A stretch of 32,000 bases of DNA from Candidatus Heimdallarchaeota archaeon. Its GTDB lineage: Archaea > Asgardarchaeota > Heimdallarchaeia > JABLTI01. The position numbers and the translations under genes are program-made. Below the pieces are notes generated by a model. That model was not told where the DNA came from, made no database searches, and saw only the letters and a list, made by a program, of their open reading frames with translations. This document shows positions 8,678 through 17,864 of the stretch, in pieces (within the stretch, counting starts at the first letter, position 1; each line of letters starts with the position of its first letter). Location: positions 1 through 32,000 of the forward strand of contig JAUWKS010000009.1 of assembly GCA_030614005.1 (NCBI GenBank). The letters are read 5' to 3'.

Positions 8678-10630
8678 ATGAGCAAAAAAACCGCCAAGAG
8701 GCCAGGCATAGCTGTAAAAAAGGAACCTTTGATAGATGTAAATATCAAAACAACTGCTGAAATTCCCGTTCCAACTAGATTAATTGATCAAGTTCTAGGT
8801 CAAGAAAGATCCGTTAATTTAGTAAAGAAAGCTGCAATTCAGAGAAGAAATGTTCTATTAATTGGTGAACCTGGTACAGGAAAAAGTATGTTAGGTACTG
8901 CAATGGCTGAACTTCTACCACGTGAAGATTTAGAAGATATTTTATGTGTACCAAATAGAAAAGACAGTAACACTCCAAAAATTGTCACTGTTGGTTCTGG
9001 AGAAGGCCGACGTATAGTTGATCGTTATAATGAAAAAGCATCAAAAGGTTCAAACCTAAGGATGATTCTAAGTTTAATCATACCTTTAGCTATTATGCTC
9101 TATGTTATCTTTGTTCCCGTACAAAGTCCATATCAAAGACCACAACTTGTGTTAATGGGTCTTTTTGTTTCATTCTTTGCATTCATTGCTATGAGTCAAT
9201 TAAGAAGTAGGTCAGAGAATCTTGTGCCTAAACTTCTTGTTGATACAAGTCAGCAAACTCATGCACCATATAATGATGCAACAGGAGCACATGCTGGTTC
9301 ATTATTAGGTGATGTTCGTCACGATCCCTTCCAAAGTGGTGGTTTGGGAACTCCTGCGCACGAACGTGTTGAGGCTGGTTTAATACACAAATCTCACAAA
9401 GGAGTACTTTATTGTGATGAAATTGCTACACTTGGCATGCGAACCCAACAACAACTTCTAACTGCTATGCAAGAAAGAGAATTCCAGATTACTGGTCAGA
9501 GTGAATTAAGCAGTGGAGCAATGGTTCGCACTGATCCTGTGCCTTGTGATTTTATTCTTATTGCAGCAGGTAACCTTCCTACTATGGAACATATGCATCC
9601 TGCCTTACGATCAAGAATTCGTGGGTATGGCTATGAAATTTATATGGATGAAGTGATGCCAGACACTCTTGAAAACCGAAATAAAATCGTGCGTTTCGTT
9701 GCTCAAGAAGTTTCTAAAGATGGTCGTATTCCCCACTTCTCAATAGATGCTGTTGAAGAAATCATTCGTGAATTCCGTAGAAGAGCCAATAAGAAAAATA
9801 GTCTTACTTTAATGTTTAGAGAACTTGGTGGTCTAGTACGTGCTGCAGGAGATATTGCTAGAGAAGATAACGATTCAGTAACTACTATGAAACATGTTCA
9901 TCGAGCAAAAACACTAGCTAGTTCCTTAGAACAACAAATAGCTGAAAAATACATTGCTAGAAGACGAGATTACCAAATTATACTTAATGAAGGTGCTCTT
10001 ATTGGACGAGTAAATGGTTTAGCTGTTCTTGGATCTAGAAGTGGTATAATAACAAATGTTGAAGCAGAAGTAACTCCGGCATTAAGCAATCAAGAGGGTA
10101 AGATTATTGCTACTGGTAAACTTGGTGAAATCGCTCAAGAATCTGTCTTGAATGTTAGTGCAATAATCAAGAAATATACCGGAATAGATATTTCTCAACA
10201 TGACGTTCACGTTCAATTCTTACAAACCTACTCAGGTGTAGAAGGTGATAGTGCAAGCGTTTCAGTTGCTACTGCGGTTGTTTCTGCACTTACGGATATA
10301 CCTGTTCGTCAAGATGTTGCAATGACTGGTTCACTATCCGTTCGTGGTGAAGTTTTACCAATTGGTGGTGCAACCTTCAAAATAGAAGCAGCTATAGAAG
10401 CAGGTATAAAAACTGTTATCATACCAATTGGCAACGTAAGTGATGTTGTGCTTGATGATGCACAAAGAAAACAGGTAAACATTATTCCTGTTAGCCGATT
10501 CTGGGAAGTGCTTGATATAGCATTGACTGGTGATGATCAAGGTATTGTTGATAAATTCAAAGCAAGTATTAGTGAATACGAACGCAAGCTTGAAGAGAAA
10601 TTAAAAGAAATAGTGAAAGGAAAAGCATAA
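8678..10630 (+). CDS. lonB: Archaeal ATP-dependent protease LonB
   Basis: Walker A GEPGTGKS; two TM helices inserted in the AAA domain; GDVRHDPFQSGGLGTPAH; Walker B-like LYCDEI; catalytic Ser region VEGDSAS; PIGGATFKIEAA (catalytic Lys). Confidence 0.97.
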   Translation: MSKKTAKRPGIAVKKEPLIDVNIKTTAEIPVPTRLIDQVLGQERSVNLVKKAAIQRRNVLLIGEPGTGKSMLGTAMAELLPREDLEDILCVPNRKDSNTPKIVTVGSGEGRRIVDRYNEKASKGSNLRMILSLIIPLAIMLYVIFVPVQSPYQRPQLVLMGLFVSFFAFIAMSQLRSRSENLVPKLLVDTSQQTHAPYNDATGAHAGSLLGDVRHDPFQSGGLGTPAHERVEAGLIHKSHKGVLYCDEIATLGMRTQQQLLTAMQEREFQITGQSELSSGAMVRTDPVPCDFILIAAGNLPTMEHMHPALRSRIRGYGYEIYMDEVMPDTLENRNKIVRFVAQEVSKDGRIPHFSIDAVEEIIREFRRRANKKNSLTLMFRELGGLVRAAGDIAREDNDSVTTMKHVHRAKTLASSLEQQIAEKYIARRRDYQIILNEGALIGRVNGLAVLGSRSGIITNVEAEVTPALSNQEGKIIATGKLGEIAQESVLNVSAIIKKYTGIDISQHDVHVQFLQTYSGVEGDSASVSVATAVVSALTDIPVRQDVAMTGSLSVRGEVLPIGGATFKIEAAIEAGIKTVIIPIGNVSDVVLDDAQRKQVNIIPVSRFWEVLDIALTGDDQGIVDKFKASISEYERKLEEKLKEIVKGKA

Positions 10631-10666
10631 ATTCCCAAATTCATGTTTCCATCTTAACAATAATAT

Positions 10667-10699
10667 AATGCGGATTCCCGCATTCTCTTTTTTCCTTTT
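10667..10699 (+). terminator. Hairpin + pyrimidine tract after lonB
   Basis: AATGCGG pairs with CCGCATT around the loop ATTC, followed by CTCTTTTTTCCTTTT. Confidence 0.55.
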
Positions 10700-10766
10700 A
10701 TTCTATGTTTTTAACCGTTTAACTAATTAACAAAGAAGCAAACTATTTTCTATAGGTATGAGGTAG

Positions 10767-11792
10767 ATGAGTAAATATCGTGAAGCGTTGTATTATACAC
10801 AACAAAAGGATTCCAAAGTAAAATGCAACCTTTGTCCACATAATTGCATTATTTCTCCTAACCATAAAGGCAAGTGTAATGTGCGATTAAATGTGGATGG
10901 AAAGCTATTCACGTTGAACTATGGCTTAGCTACTTCCGGAACTCGAGATCCAATTGAGAAAAAACCTCTCTATCATTTTCAACCTGGAACTTACTCTTAC
11001 AGTTTCGGAACTGTAGGTTGTAATTTATTCTGTCAGTTCTGTCAAAATTGGCATATCGCTCGTGCAGATCCGGAAAATAGCAAGTATGGTTTGGATTATC
11101 TTTCTCCAGATGATGCTGTTAAAACAGCAAAGAAATCTGGTTGCCCATCTGTAGCCTATACTTACAATGAACCAATTGTTTGGTATGAATGGGTGTTAGA
11201 TACTGCGAAGAAAATGAAATCAAATGGTTTGAAAAATGTGTTAGTTACAAACGGGTATATCCAACAAGAACCATTAGAAGAGCTTTTACCATATATAGAT
11301 GCAGCAAATGTAGACTTGAAAGGAGATGCTAAATTCTACAAAGAATTATGTAAAGTCTCGCATCGAGAAGCTGTACTGCGAACTTGCAAGTTAATGGTAC
11401 AAAATAACGTTCATCTCGAGATAACTAATCTAATTGTCACTTCCAGTAATGATTCCAAAGAGCAGATTCAAGACTTAATCGATTTTGTAAAGAATGAACT
11501 GGGACCTGAGATTCCTTTACATTTCTCTCGTTATTATCCTCAGTATAAACTTGATTTACCTGCTACTCCAGTCGAGACATTATTAATGGCTCGAGAAATG
11601 GCAATTAAGTCTGGATTGAAATATGTTTATCTAGGAAATGTGCGAGATGCAGAACATAGTAATACGTACTGTAGAACTTGTGGCGAGCTCTTAATTCGAA
11701 GAACAGGTTATTCTGTTCGTTTTCCAAATATCACCAAAGATAAAAAATGTAAAAAATGCTTTGATTCTAATTCGATTATTTGGCATACTTAG
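10767..11792 (+). CDS. amrS: AmmeMemoRadiSam system radical SAM enzyme
   Basis: N-terminal CNLCPHNC...GKCNVR; DPIEKKPLYHFQPG; radical SAM motif GCNLFCQFCQNWHI; AYTYNEP; PLHFSRYYPQY; YVYLGNV; C-terminal Cys pairs. Confidence 0.93.
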   Translation: MSKYREALYYTQQKDSKVKCNLCPHNCIISPNHKGKCNVRLNVDGKLFTLNYGLATSGTRDPIEKKPLYHFQPGTYSYSFGTVGCNLFCQFCQNWHIARADPENSKYGLDYLSPDDAVKTAKKSGCPSVAYTYNEPIVWYEWVLDTAKKMKSNGLKNVLVTNGYIQQEPLEELLPYIDAANVDLKGDAKFYKELCKVSHREAVLRTCKLMVQNNVHLEITNLIVTSSNDSKEQIQDLIDFVKNELGPEIPLHFSRYYPQYKLDLPATPVETLLMAREMAIKSGLKYVYLGNVRDAEHSNTYCRTCGELLIRRTGYSVRFPNITKDKKCKKCFDSNSIIWHT

Positions 11793-11931
11793 AAATTCAC
11801 TAAAATGCTTTTGCTTCCTTTGCTGTTCAAAATTTTATCTTTCTATTTTGTATGGTTTAAATAGGTGAATGAACGGTATATATTTACCACGATGGTAGTA
11901 ACTAAAAGACATTTAACGGTGGAAAAGATAA

Positions 11932-13173
11932 ATGACAAACAAGTTCTGTGTTTATTGTAGTCAAGAATTAGAAGAAAACAACAAGTTCTGTTACAAGTGC
12001 GGAGCAACGGTAGGTAATCAGAAAGTTATTCCCCCTGCTCAAAAACGAGACGACAGATTACATAGCAATAGTCTATCAGCTCCAGTAAAAAAAGAGAAAA
12101 AACAACATTCTACAAGAAATTTGAAACCATTATTACTTATCCCAATAATACTATTTTCAATAGCATTGCCTATTATAATTCTAACCTCCTTAGGAGCAGC
12201 AAGAACTCCACTTGGAACATTGGATTATGATATTAGTTCAGTGGAATATTTGGATGTAGAATTAGTTATCGATAATAGTATTGGATTGGTTGAAATAACG
12301 TATGATGATTCGATGGATGCTCTCTTTGAAGCAACAGTAGAAGTTCGCGGTGGAATTAAAGCTTCTATTGAAGATGCGAAAAACTTCCAGCATGAGGTGA
12401 TAAACAATAAAACAGTGATCACCTTTGATTCCGATGATGCTATCATTCCATTTTGGAGTTTCAGATCTATAATTCACGATCTTTACATATCTTTGAATCC
12501 AGATGCAATAATTGATTTTGCGGTCCATTCTTCTACAGGAAGTATAAGTTTAGATTTAGATGGTATCGATGATCTAATAATAAGAAATGTGCAATTATCA
12601 TCATCAACAGGTTCAGTGGATTTCTACTCTGGCAATGTTATCAATACTACAATGGACGATATTGATTTAGCAATTAGCACTGGTAGAATATTGTTTGATT
12701 TTGATGATGCATTGGGAACAACTGTAAACGAAATGACCTTCGATGGTTCCACAGGTAGTATATCAGCATTTTTAGGAGAAGCAATGAACATTAATTCTGC
12801 TGATGTAATTGTATCAACTTCAACAGGTTCAATAGAATTAACTTTTGAAGACATAATCTTTAATGCAGATACAAATTGGGATGTTGAAACATCAACAGGA
12901 TCAATTTCAATAGACTTCATTCAAAACATCATCCTTCCAATAAATTTCACAGCAGTATTTGATGTAGAAACATCTACTGGTAGTATTTCTGTTGCAGGAG
13001 AAATTGCAAGTGATTTAGGCATTGAGATTACAGCCACTACAGGTACAGGTAGCATTAATATTCCTGGTGGACTCAGTCACTACGCTTCCACAGACTATTA
13101 CTTGAAAAACAATCAATTCTCTTTTACACTTTTGACCTCTACTGGTAGTATAACTGCAAACATTGAATACTAA
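11932..13173 (+). CDS. Zinc-ribbon + TM + DUF4097-like beta-strand repeat (adhesin-like) protein
   Basis: FCVYCSQ...FCYKCGA zinc ribbon, one TM (LLLIPIILFSIALPIIILTSLGA), then nine copies of a (S/T)TG(S/R)(I/V) repeat. Confidence 0.75.
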   Translation: MTNKFCVYCSQELEENNKFCYKCGATVGNQKVIPPAQKRDDRLHSNSLSAPVKKEKKQHSTRNLKPLLLIPIILFSIALPIIILTSLGAARTPLGTLDYDISSVEYLDVELVIDNSIGLVEITYDDSMDALFEATVEVRGGIKASIEDAKNFQHEVINNKTVITFDSDDAIIPFWSFRSIIHDLYISLNPDAIIDFAVHSSTGSISLDLDGIDDLIIRNVQLSSSTGSVDFYSGNVINTTMDDIDLAISTGRILFDFDDALGTTVNEMTFDGSTGSISAFLGEAMNINSADVIVSTSTGSIELTFEDIIFNADTNWDVETSTGSISIDFIQNIILPINFTAVFDVETSTGSISVAGEIASDLGIEITATTGTGSINIPGGLSHYASTDYYLKNNQFSFTLLTSTGSITANIEY

Positions 13174-13178
13174 AAAAT

Positions 13179-13236
13179 GAAGTAGTTTCTTACTCCTTCC
13201 ATATTTGAAAACTTGGAGGAGTAACAAAAACTCTTC
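13179..13236. other. Long imperfect intergenic hairpin
   Basis: GAAG-T-AGTTT-C-TTACTCCTTCCA pairs with TGGAGGAGTAA-CAA-AAACT-CTTC around a 12-nt loop. Confidence 0.5.
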
Positions 13237-13358
13237 CAAATGAGGGATATTACTATAGCATTTTTATAAGAAATATGTAAGTCCCTCCTTCATTTTCAAC
13301 CATTTAGAAATGAATATATTTGTAGACTCAAATAAAATTATTAGTTTGAGGTAATGTA

Positions 13359-14384
13359 ATGAAAAACACAAGAAGAAATAAACAAATACTCATTTCTGCA
13401 TTTGCATTATTCACAATCTTGCTTATTGTTTTAGCATCAAGTAATCAAATGGTTAATGCAAGAAAAATAACTAATATCATTAGCTTAAACAATTCTGGAT
13501 TTTCAATGATTGATACAGACTTCTTCGAAATCAATACAGATGGAGATCACAAACTAACATTGCTTGAATATTCACATTTCAATAGACCTATCTATCCTAA
13601 TTATACTCAAGTAAATTTAGCTGTCGTTTTAGAAGGAGAAGAATATGATATATCTGATATTGATATTCATTATTCTCAAGACAGAATCAACTGGACCACA
13701 ATAGCTTTTACTCAAATCAAAACTCTATCAGAGAATTCTTCTTTGTTTGAAGTAACTATTGGTCCCTTCTCTGAGTCAGGTATGTATTTCATAAAAATTA
13801 ATGCTACAAGAGGATCACTTGAGCATGCTACCATTTTCTTTTCTATACAAGTCGAAGAAATTACTGGTCTTGTTTTCCTTGATTTTGATCATCAAATAGT
13901 TGAATTAGAAAATAAAACAAGTCTGGTCAATCTTCAAGTGAGCGTTCTTGGTAATAATTTGATTAATGACTCTGTAAGAGTAGTAGTTGATCAAATTGAT
14001 TACAATTCTACCACAATGAAACTCATAAATGGGTCAACGAATAGATATAATGCCACTATGGGTTCAATAATGCACTGGGAAGAATACGTTCATGTAACCT
14101 TTATTGGTAGCACTACTCTAGGAATAGATTACAATAATTCTAACTTTTTGTTCCATAAAGCTTATCCAAAATTTGAAGAACCATTTCTCACTTCACTTCT
14201 CCCAGCAATTGTTGTTGGCTTGCTAGTTGTTGCTTCAATGTCCACTATTTTTATTATGGCTAAACGACGTGCGCCCAAAAAATTTGACATCGAAACTTCT
14301 GATGATAAAGAATTGAAAGCACAACTAAGAAAGAATATGAAAAAGGAAAGGAGAAAGAAAAAAGAAAAAGATGATTTATTCTAA
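13359..14384 (+). CDS. Hypothetical surface protein (signal peptide, Ig-like beta-rich region, C-terminal TM, basic tail)
   Basis: N-terminal basic+hydrophobic signal; many N-x-S/T sequons; TM LLPAIVVGLLVVASMSTIFIMA; K/R-rich tail; GAGGT SD-like site upstream. Confidence 0.75.
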   Translation: MKNTRRNKQILISAFALFTILLIVLASSNQMVNARKITNIISLNNSGFSMIDTDFFEINTDGDHKLTLLEYSHFNRPIYPNYTQVNLAVVLEGEEYDISDIDIHYSQDRINWTTIAFTQIKTLSENSSLFEVTIGPFSESGMYFIKINATRGSLEHATIFFSIQVEEITGLVFLDFDHQIVELENKTSLVNLQVSVLGNNLINDSVRVVVDQIDYNSTTMKLINGSTNRYNATMGSIMHWEEYVHVTFIGSTTLGIDYNNSNFLFHKAYPKFEEPFLTSLLPAIVVGLLVVASMSTIFIMAKRRAPKKFDIETSDDKELKAQLRKNMKKERRKKKEKDDLF

Positions 14385-14389
14385 TATTT

Positions 14390-15406
14390 TCATTTCATTT
14401 TTTCTGACCGAAGATCAATTAGAGCTTCTGCTTCTGGACCAGTTCCAACAAAAGTTACAGGGACATTTGTCTCTTTTTCGATTTCTGCAATGAATTGGAG
14501 TGCTTCTTCTGTTAGTTTATCCGCAGAATTTGCTCCTGCAATTTCGGGAAACATTATATCCAATTTTGTTAAAGCTATTTGTGTTGCTCCATTAAGTCGA
14601 ACTGTTTTTCTAGCAATATCGAAATCGATTGGCGCGGATCTTCTTGCTCTGCCAGTTACTGTACCATGTTCTGTCCAACCCCTCTTCTCCATTTCTTCTT
14701 CAGAGAGAGTGCCAGGCATAGGGCCTTCACCAACTCGAGTCATAAAAGCTTTGAATACAATAATGACTTCGTCAACTTTTGTAGGACCAATACCAACATC
14801 AGAACAAATTTGAGGAGCGGATACATCTTTGCTGGTAACAAAAGGATAGGTTCCATGCCAGAGTGAGAGCATAGTTCCTTGAGTTCCTTCAAGAACGACA
14901 TTCTTTCCCGCTTCAATTGCTTCGTTTATCTCTTTGGAAACATCAGTTAAGTAAGGTTTTAGCTCAGGAATGTCTTTAGCTAATCTTAATGTTCTTCTCG
15001 CACGATCTTCGTTAGCTGGGCCACAACCTGTTCCTGTGCTGCCAATTTTATCTTTGAGATGCTTATCTGTTTGATCTTTTTCTTTGTGTTCTTTATCAAT
15101 TACTCCTGTCTGAAAATCAATACCAATTCGATCTTTGCAACCCGTTTCATTTATCTCTTTAAGGAAGATTTCCGGATCAACAAGTACACCAGCACCAACC
15201 AACAAACGTGATTTCTTACTTGTAAAACCACTTGGTATCATTCGCAGACCATACGTCTTCCCTTCAAAGACAACAGTATGTCCTGCATTTGTTCCTACAC
15301 CACCTCGAGCGATGATTGCTGGATCTTCAGCATAAGCAATATAGCTGATGATTTTTCCTTTACCTTCATCGCCCCAAAAGCCACCTACAATAATTGTCGT
15401 TGTCAT
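14390..15406 (-). CDS. purA: Adenylosuccinate synthetase (short archaeal type)
   Basis: GGFWGDEGKGK, ARGGVGTNAGHT, IGSTGTGCGPA, EGTQG, YPFVTS, EHGTVTGRARR and TKLDI motifs. The ATG at 15406 (MTTTIIVGG) fits the family N-terminus better than the track start at 15433. Confidence 0.97.
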   Translation of the reverse strand: MTTTIIVGGFWGDEGKGKIISYIAYAEDPAIIARGGVGTNAGHTVVFEGKTYGLRMIPSGFTSKKSRLLVGAGVLVDPEIFLKEINETGCKDRIGIDFQTGVIDKEHKEKDQTDKHLKDKIGSTGTGCGPANEDRARRTLRLAKDIPELKPYLTDVSKEINEAIEAGKNVVLEGTQGTMLSLWHGTYPFVTSKDVSAPQICSDVGIGPTKVDEVIIVFKAFMTRVGEGPMPGTLSEEEMEKRGWTEHGTVTGRARRSAPIDFDIARKTVRLNGATQIALTKLDIMFPEIAGANSADKLTEEALQFIAEIEKETNVPVTFVGTGPEAEALIDLRSEKMK

Positions 15407-15471
15407 GGTTCGTTCGTGTGAAAAATAATCCATAATAATTAAAGTCCTTTTGTTAACTTAAAGGTGATAAT

Positions 15472-15506
15472 TTTTGCATAGCACTACGAAAACTTAATAT
15501 GCAAAA
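15472..15506. promoter_or_regulatory. Inverted repeat in the divergent purA/rtcB promoter region (possible operator)
   Basis: TTTTGCATA (15472-15480), 17-nt spacer, TATGCAAAA (15498-15506). Confidence 0.3.
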
Positions 15507-15636
15507 CATTTCGGATAATTGTTAGTGCAGTTGATGAGTCCGATACAGGTCTTTCCTCCAGAAGTTTCTCAGTCGTTTCCTCATCAATCGTAGTGAACTA
15601 GTTGATATTCATACAAGACGTAGAGGTTAGTAGAAG

Positions 15637-17094
15637 ATGTCAGAAAAGAAAAACATTGTTCCTAAAAAGATTAGTAATGGAATTTATGAAATTCCTAAAG
15701 AAACGAAAAAATACATGAAAGTTCCTGCAAGGATTTTTGCAGATGAAAAGATTATCCAAGCGATGGAACAAAGGATGTTTTTACAAGCAACTCATGTAGC
15801 TTGGCTACCTGGGATTTATAAAAATGCCTTAGTTCTACCAGACGGGCACATGGGTTACGGGTTCCCAATTGGTGGAGTAGCCGCAACTGATTATGAGGAA
15901 GGCGTAATCAGCCCTGGTGGTGTAGGATATGATATTAATTGTGGCGTACGTGCTGTACGAACAAATCTGAAAAAGAGCGATATTATGCCAAATAGTCAGA
16001 AATTGGTTGAAGCTCTATTTAACAATATTCCAGCAGGACTTGGTTCTAAAGCAAAAATTCGTCTCTCAAAAGCTGAATTAGATGAACTCTTAATAGAAGG
16101 AGCAAGTTATTGCGTGAAGAAAGGTTTAGGTTGGAAAGAAGACCTTGATCATTGTGAAGAAAACGGTCAAATGAAGAATGCTGATATTTCTAAAGTTTCG
16201 GAAAGAGCGTTATCTCGAGGCATTCCACAAGCAGGAAGCTTGGGTAGTGGTAACCATTTTCTTGAAATTCAATATGTTGATAAAATCTATGATGAAGCCT
16301 TGGCAAAGAATATGGGCATCATAGAAAAAGACCAAGTAATAGTAATGATTCATACAGGAAGTCGTGGTTTAGGTCATCAAATTTGTGGTGATTATCTGCG
16401 AAAAGTAGAACAAGCGATGCCAAAATACAACATTCAACCACCTGATAGGGAATTGTCCTCTGTGCCAATACAAAGTGATGAAGGTCAAGATTATTTTGGA
16501 GCAATGGCATGTGGAGCTAATTTCGCTTGGGGAAATCGTCAAATGATACTTCATTGGGTACGAGAAACCTTTGAGAAACAATTCAAAACTTCTGCAGAAG
16601 ATCTTGATATGCATCTCATTTATGACGTTGCACACAATATCGCCAAGAAAGAAGAACATACAATTGATAAGAAAAAACGAACAGTTATTACTCACAGAAA
16701 AGGTGCAACTCGAGCATTTCCAGCAAATCATCCGGAAGTTCCACAAGCATACCGCTCAATGGGACAACCAGTTCTATTACCTGGCAGTATGGGTACTGCT
16801 TCTTACATTCTTGTTGGACAACCAAAATCAATGGAAGTAAGTTTTGGTAGCACTGCCCATGGCGCTGGTAGAGTCTTAAGTAGACGTGCTGCCCTTAAAC
16901 GATTCTGGGGTTCAACAGTAAAAGATGAATTGAAAAGCAAAGGAATTACTGTAAAAGCAGCAAATCCAAAAATGATCGCTGAAGAAGCACCCGGTGTCTA
17001 CAAGGATATCGATGCTGTAGCTGCTGTAAGTGATTCACTTGGTATTGGTAAGAGAGTCGTTCGATTGAAACCTATTGCTGTAGTAAAAGGGTAG
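15637..17094 (+). CDS. rtcB: tRNA-splicing ligase RtcB
   Basis: LPDGHMGYGFPIGG, GYDINCGVR, GSLGSGNHFLEIQ, IHTGSRGLGH, VAHNIAK, HRKGATRAFP, STAHGAGR and EEAPGVYKD. Confidence 0.98.
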   Translation: MSEKKNIVPKKISNGIYEIPKETKKYMKVPARIFADEKIIQAMEQRMFLQATHVAWLPGIYKNALVLPDGHMGYGFPIGGVAATDYEEGVISPGGVGYDINCGVRAVRTNLKKSDIMPNSQKLVEALFNNIPAGLGSKAKIRLSKAELDELLIEGASYCVKKGLGWKEDLDHCEENGQMKNADISKVSERALSRGIPQAGSLGSGNHFLEIQYVDKIYDEALAKNMGIIEKDQVIVMIHTGSRGLGHQICGDYLRKVEQAMPKYNIQPPDRELSSVPIQSDEGQDYFGAMACGANFAWGNRQMILHWVRETFEKQFKTSAEDLDMHLIYDVAHNIAKKEEHTIDKKKRTVITHRKGATRAFPANHPEVPQAYRSMGQPVLLPGSMGTASYILVGQPKSMEVSFGSTAHGAGRVLSRRAALKRFWGSTVKDELKSKGITVKAANPKMIAEEAPGVYKDIDAVAAVSDSLGIGKRVVRLKPIAVVKG

Positions 17095-17098
17095 TTTC

Positions 17099-17129
17099 GA
17101 GGAGTTTTCTCCTCAAATTTTTTTCTTTT
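17099..17129 (+). terminator. Hairpin + T-tract after rtcB
   Basis: GAGGAG-TTTT-CTCCTC, then AAA and TTTTTTTCTTTT. Confidence 0.55.
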
Positions 17130-17202
17130 ATCAACTTTATCTTAATTGTTAAATGTTCTATTCTCATAGTTATAAGTGTGACATACTTGAGAAGATGAGA
17201 AA

Positions 17203-17814
17203 ATGGATATTTTAATTCGTCAATTCCCTGTTTATCGATTTTTATGGTTTTGTGAAAAAAGTGAATTAGAAAAGAAAGTTTTAGATTGTGGAGCTGGAGG
17301 TATTTTACCACCTTTAACTCTATTCAATCAGAGAGGATATGAAACCCATGGTATCGATATCTCTGAAACACAGGTACAAAAAGCAAAGGACTTTTGTATT
17401 GAATTGGGATTTGATTTGAATATTATAAAAGGGGATATGAGAAAATTACCGTATGAGAGTGAATCATTCAGTTTTGTTTATAGCTATAATACAATATTAC
17501 ATTTAACTAAAAATGATATTAAATTAGCATTAACTGAAATAACTCGAGTGCTGAAACAAAGTGGTCTTATCTACGTCAATTTCCTTTCAATAGACGATGA
17601 TCTATTTGGTGAAGGTCAAGAAATAGGTAAAGGAGAATATTTACAGAAAGAGGGGAACGGTGAGGTAGTACATACATTCTTTGAGAATGATGAACTAAAA
17701 GAATATCTTGGAAATTTTGACATCTTGCTTTTGGAAAAAACAAAAGAGAAAATGCCAAAAAGGTGGGGTAATTATACGGCAAGCTTCTTTCACTGTATCT
17801 TACAAAAGAGATGA
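17203..17814 (+). CDS. Class I SAM-dependent methyltransferase
   Basis: Motif I VLDCGAGG, post-I GIDIS, GDMRKLPYESESFSFVYS, RVLKQSGLIYVNF. Confidence 0.9.
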   Translation: MDILIRQFPVYRFLWFCEKSELEKKVLDCGAGGILPPLTLFNQRGYETHGIDISETQVQKAKDFCIELGFDLNIIKGDMRKLPYESESFSFVYSYNTILHLTKNDIKLALTEITRVLKQSGLIYVNFLSIDDDLFGEGQEIGKGEYLQKEGNGEVVHTFFENDELKEYLGNFDILLLEKTKEKMPKRWGNYTASFFHCILQKR

Positions 17815-17864
17815 TTAGTTGTTTTCGAATATAATGCTTTATTACCTCGGAATACAAATACTAT

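Noticed and set aside
13177-13244. Possible eukaryote-like SECIS (ATGA...AAAA...TGAG around a stem)
   Set aside because: The stem is too long for the SECIS geometry, and the upstream gene has no in-frame TGA and ends in TAA.
15530-15590. Hammerhead-like or C/D-box-like words (TTGATGAGTCC; on the minus strand TTGATGAG-GAAAC and CTGA)
   Set aside because: There is no CUGAUGA core with stem II followed by GAAA, and the C and D box spacing does not fit a guide RNA. Kept only as an inverted repeat.
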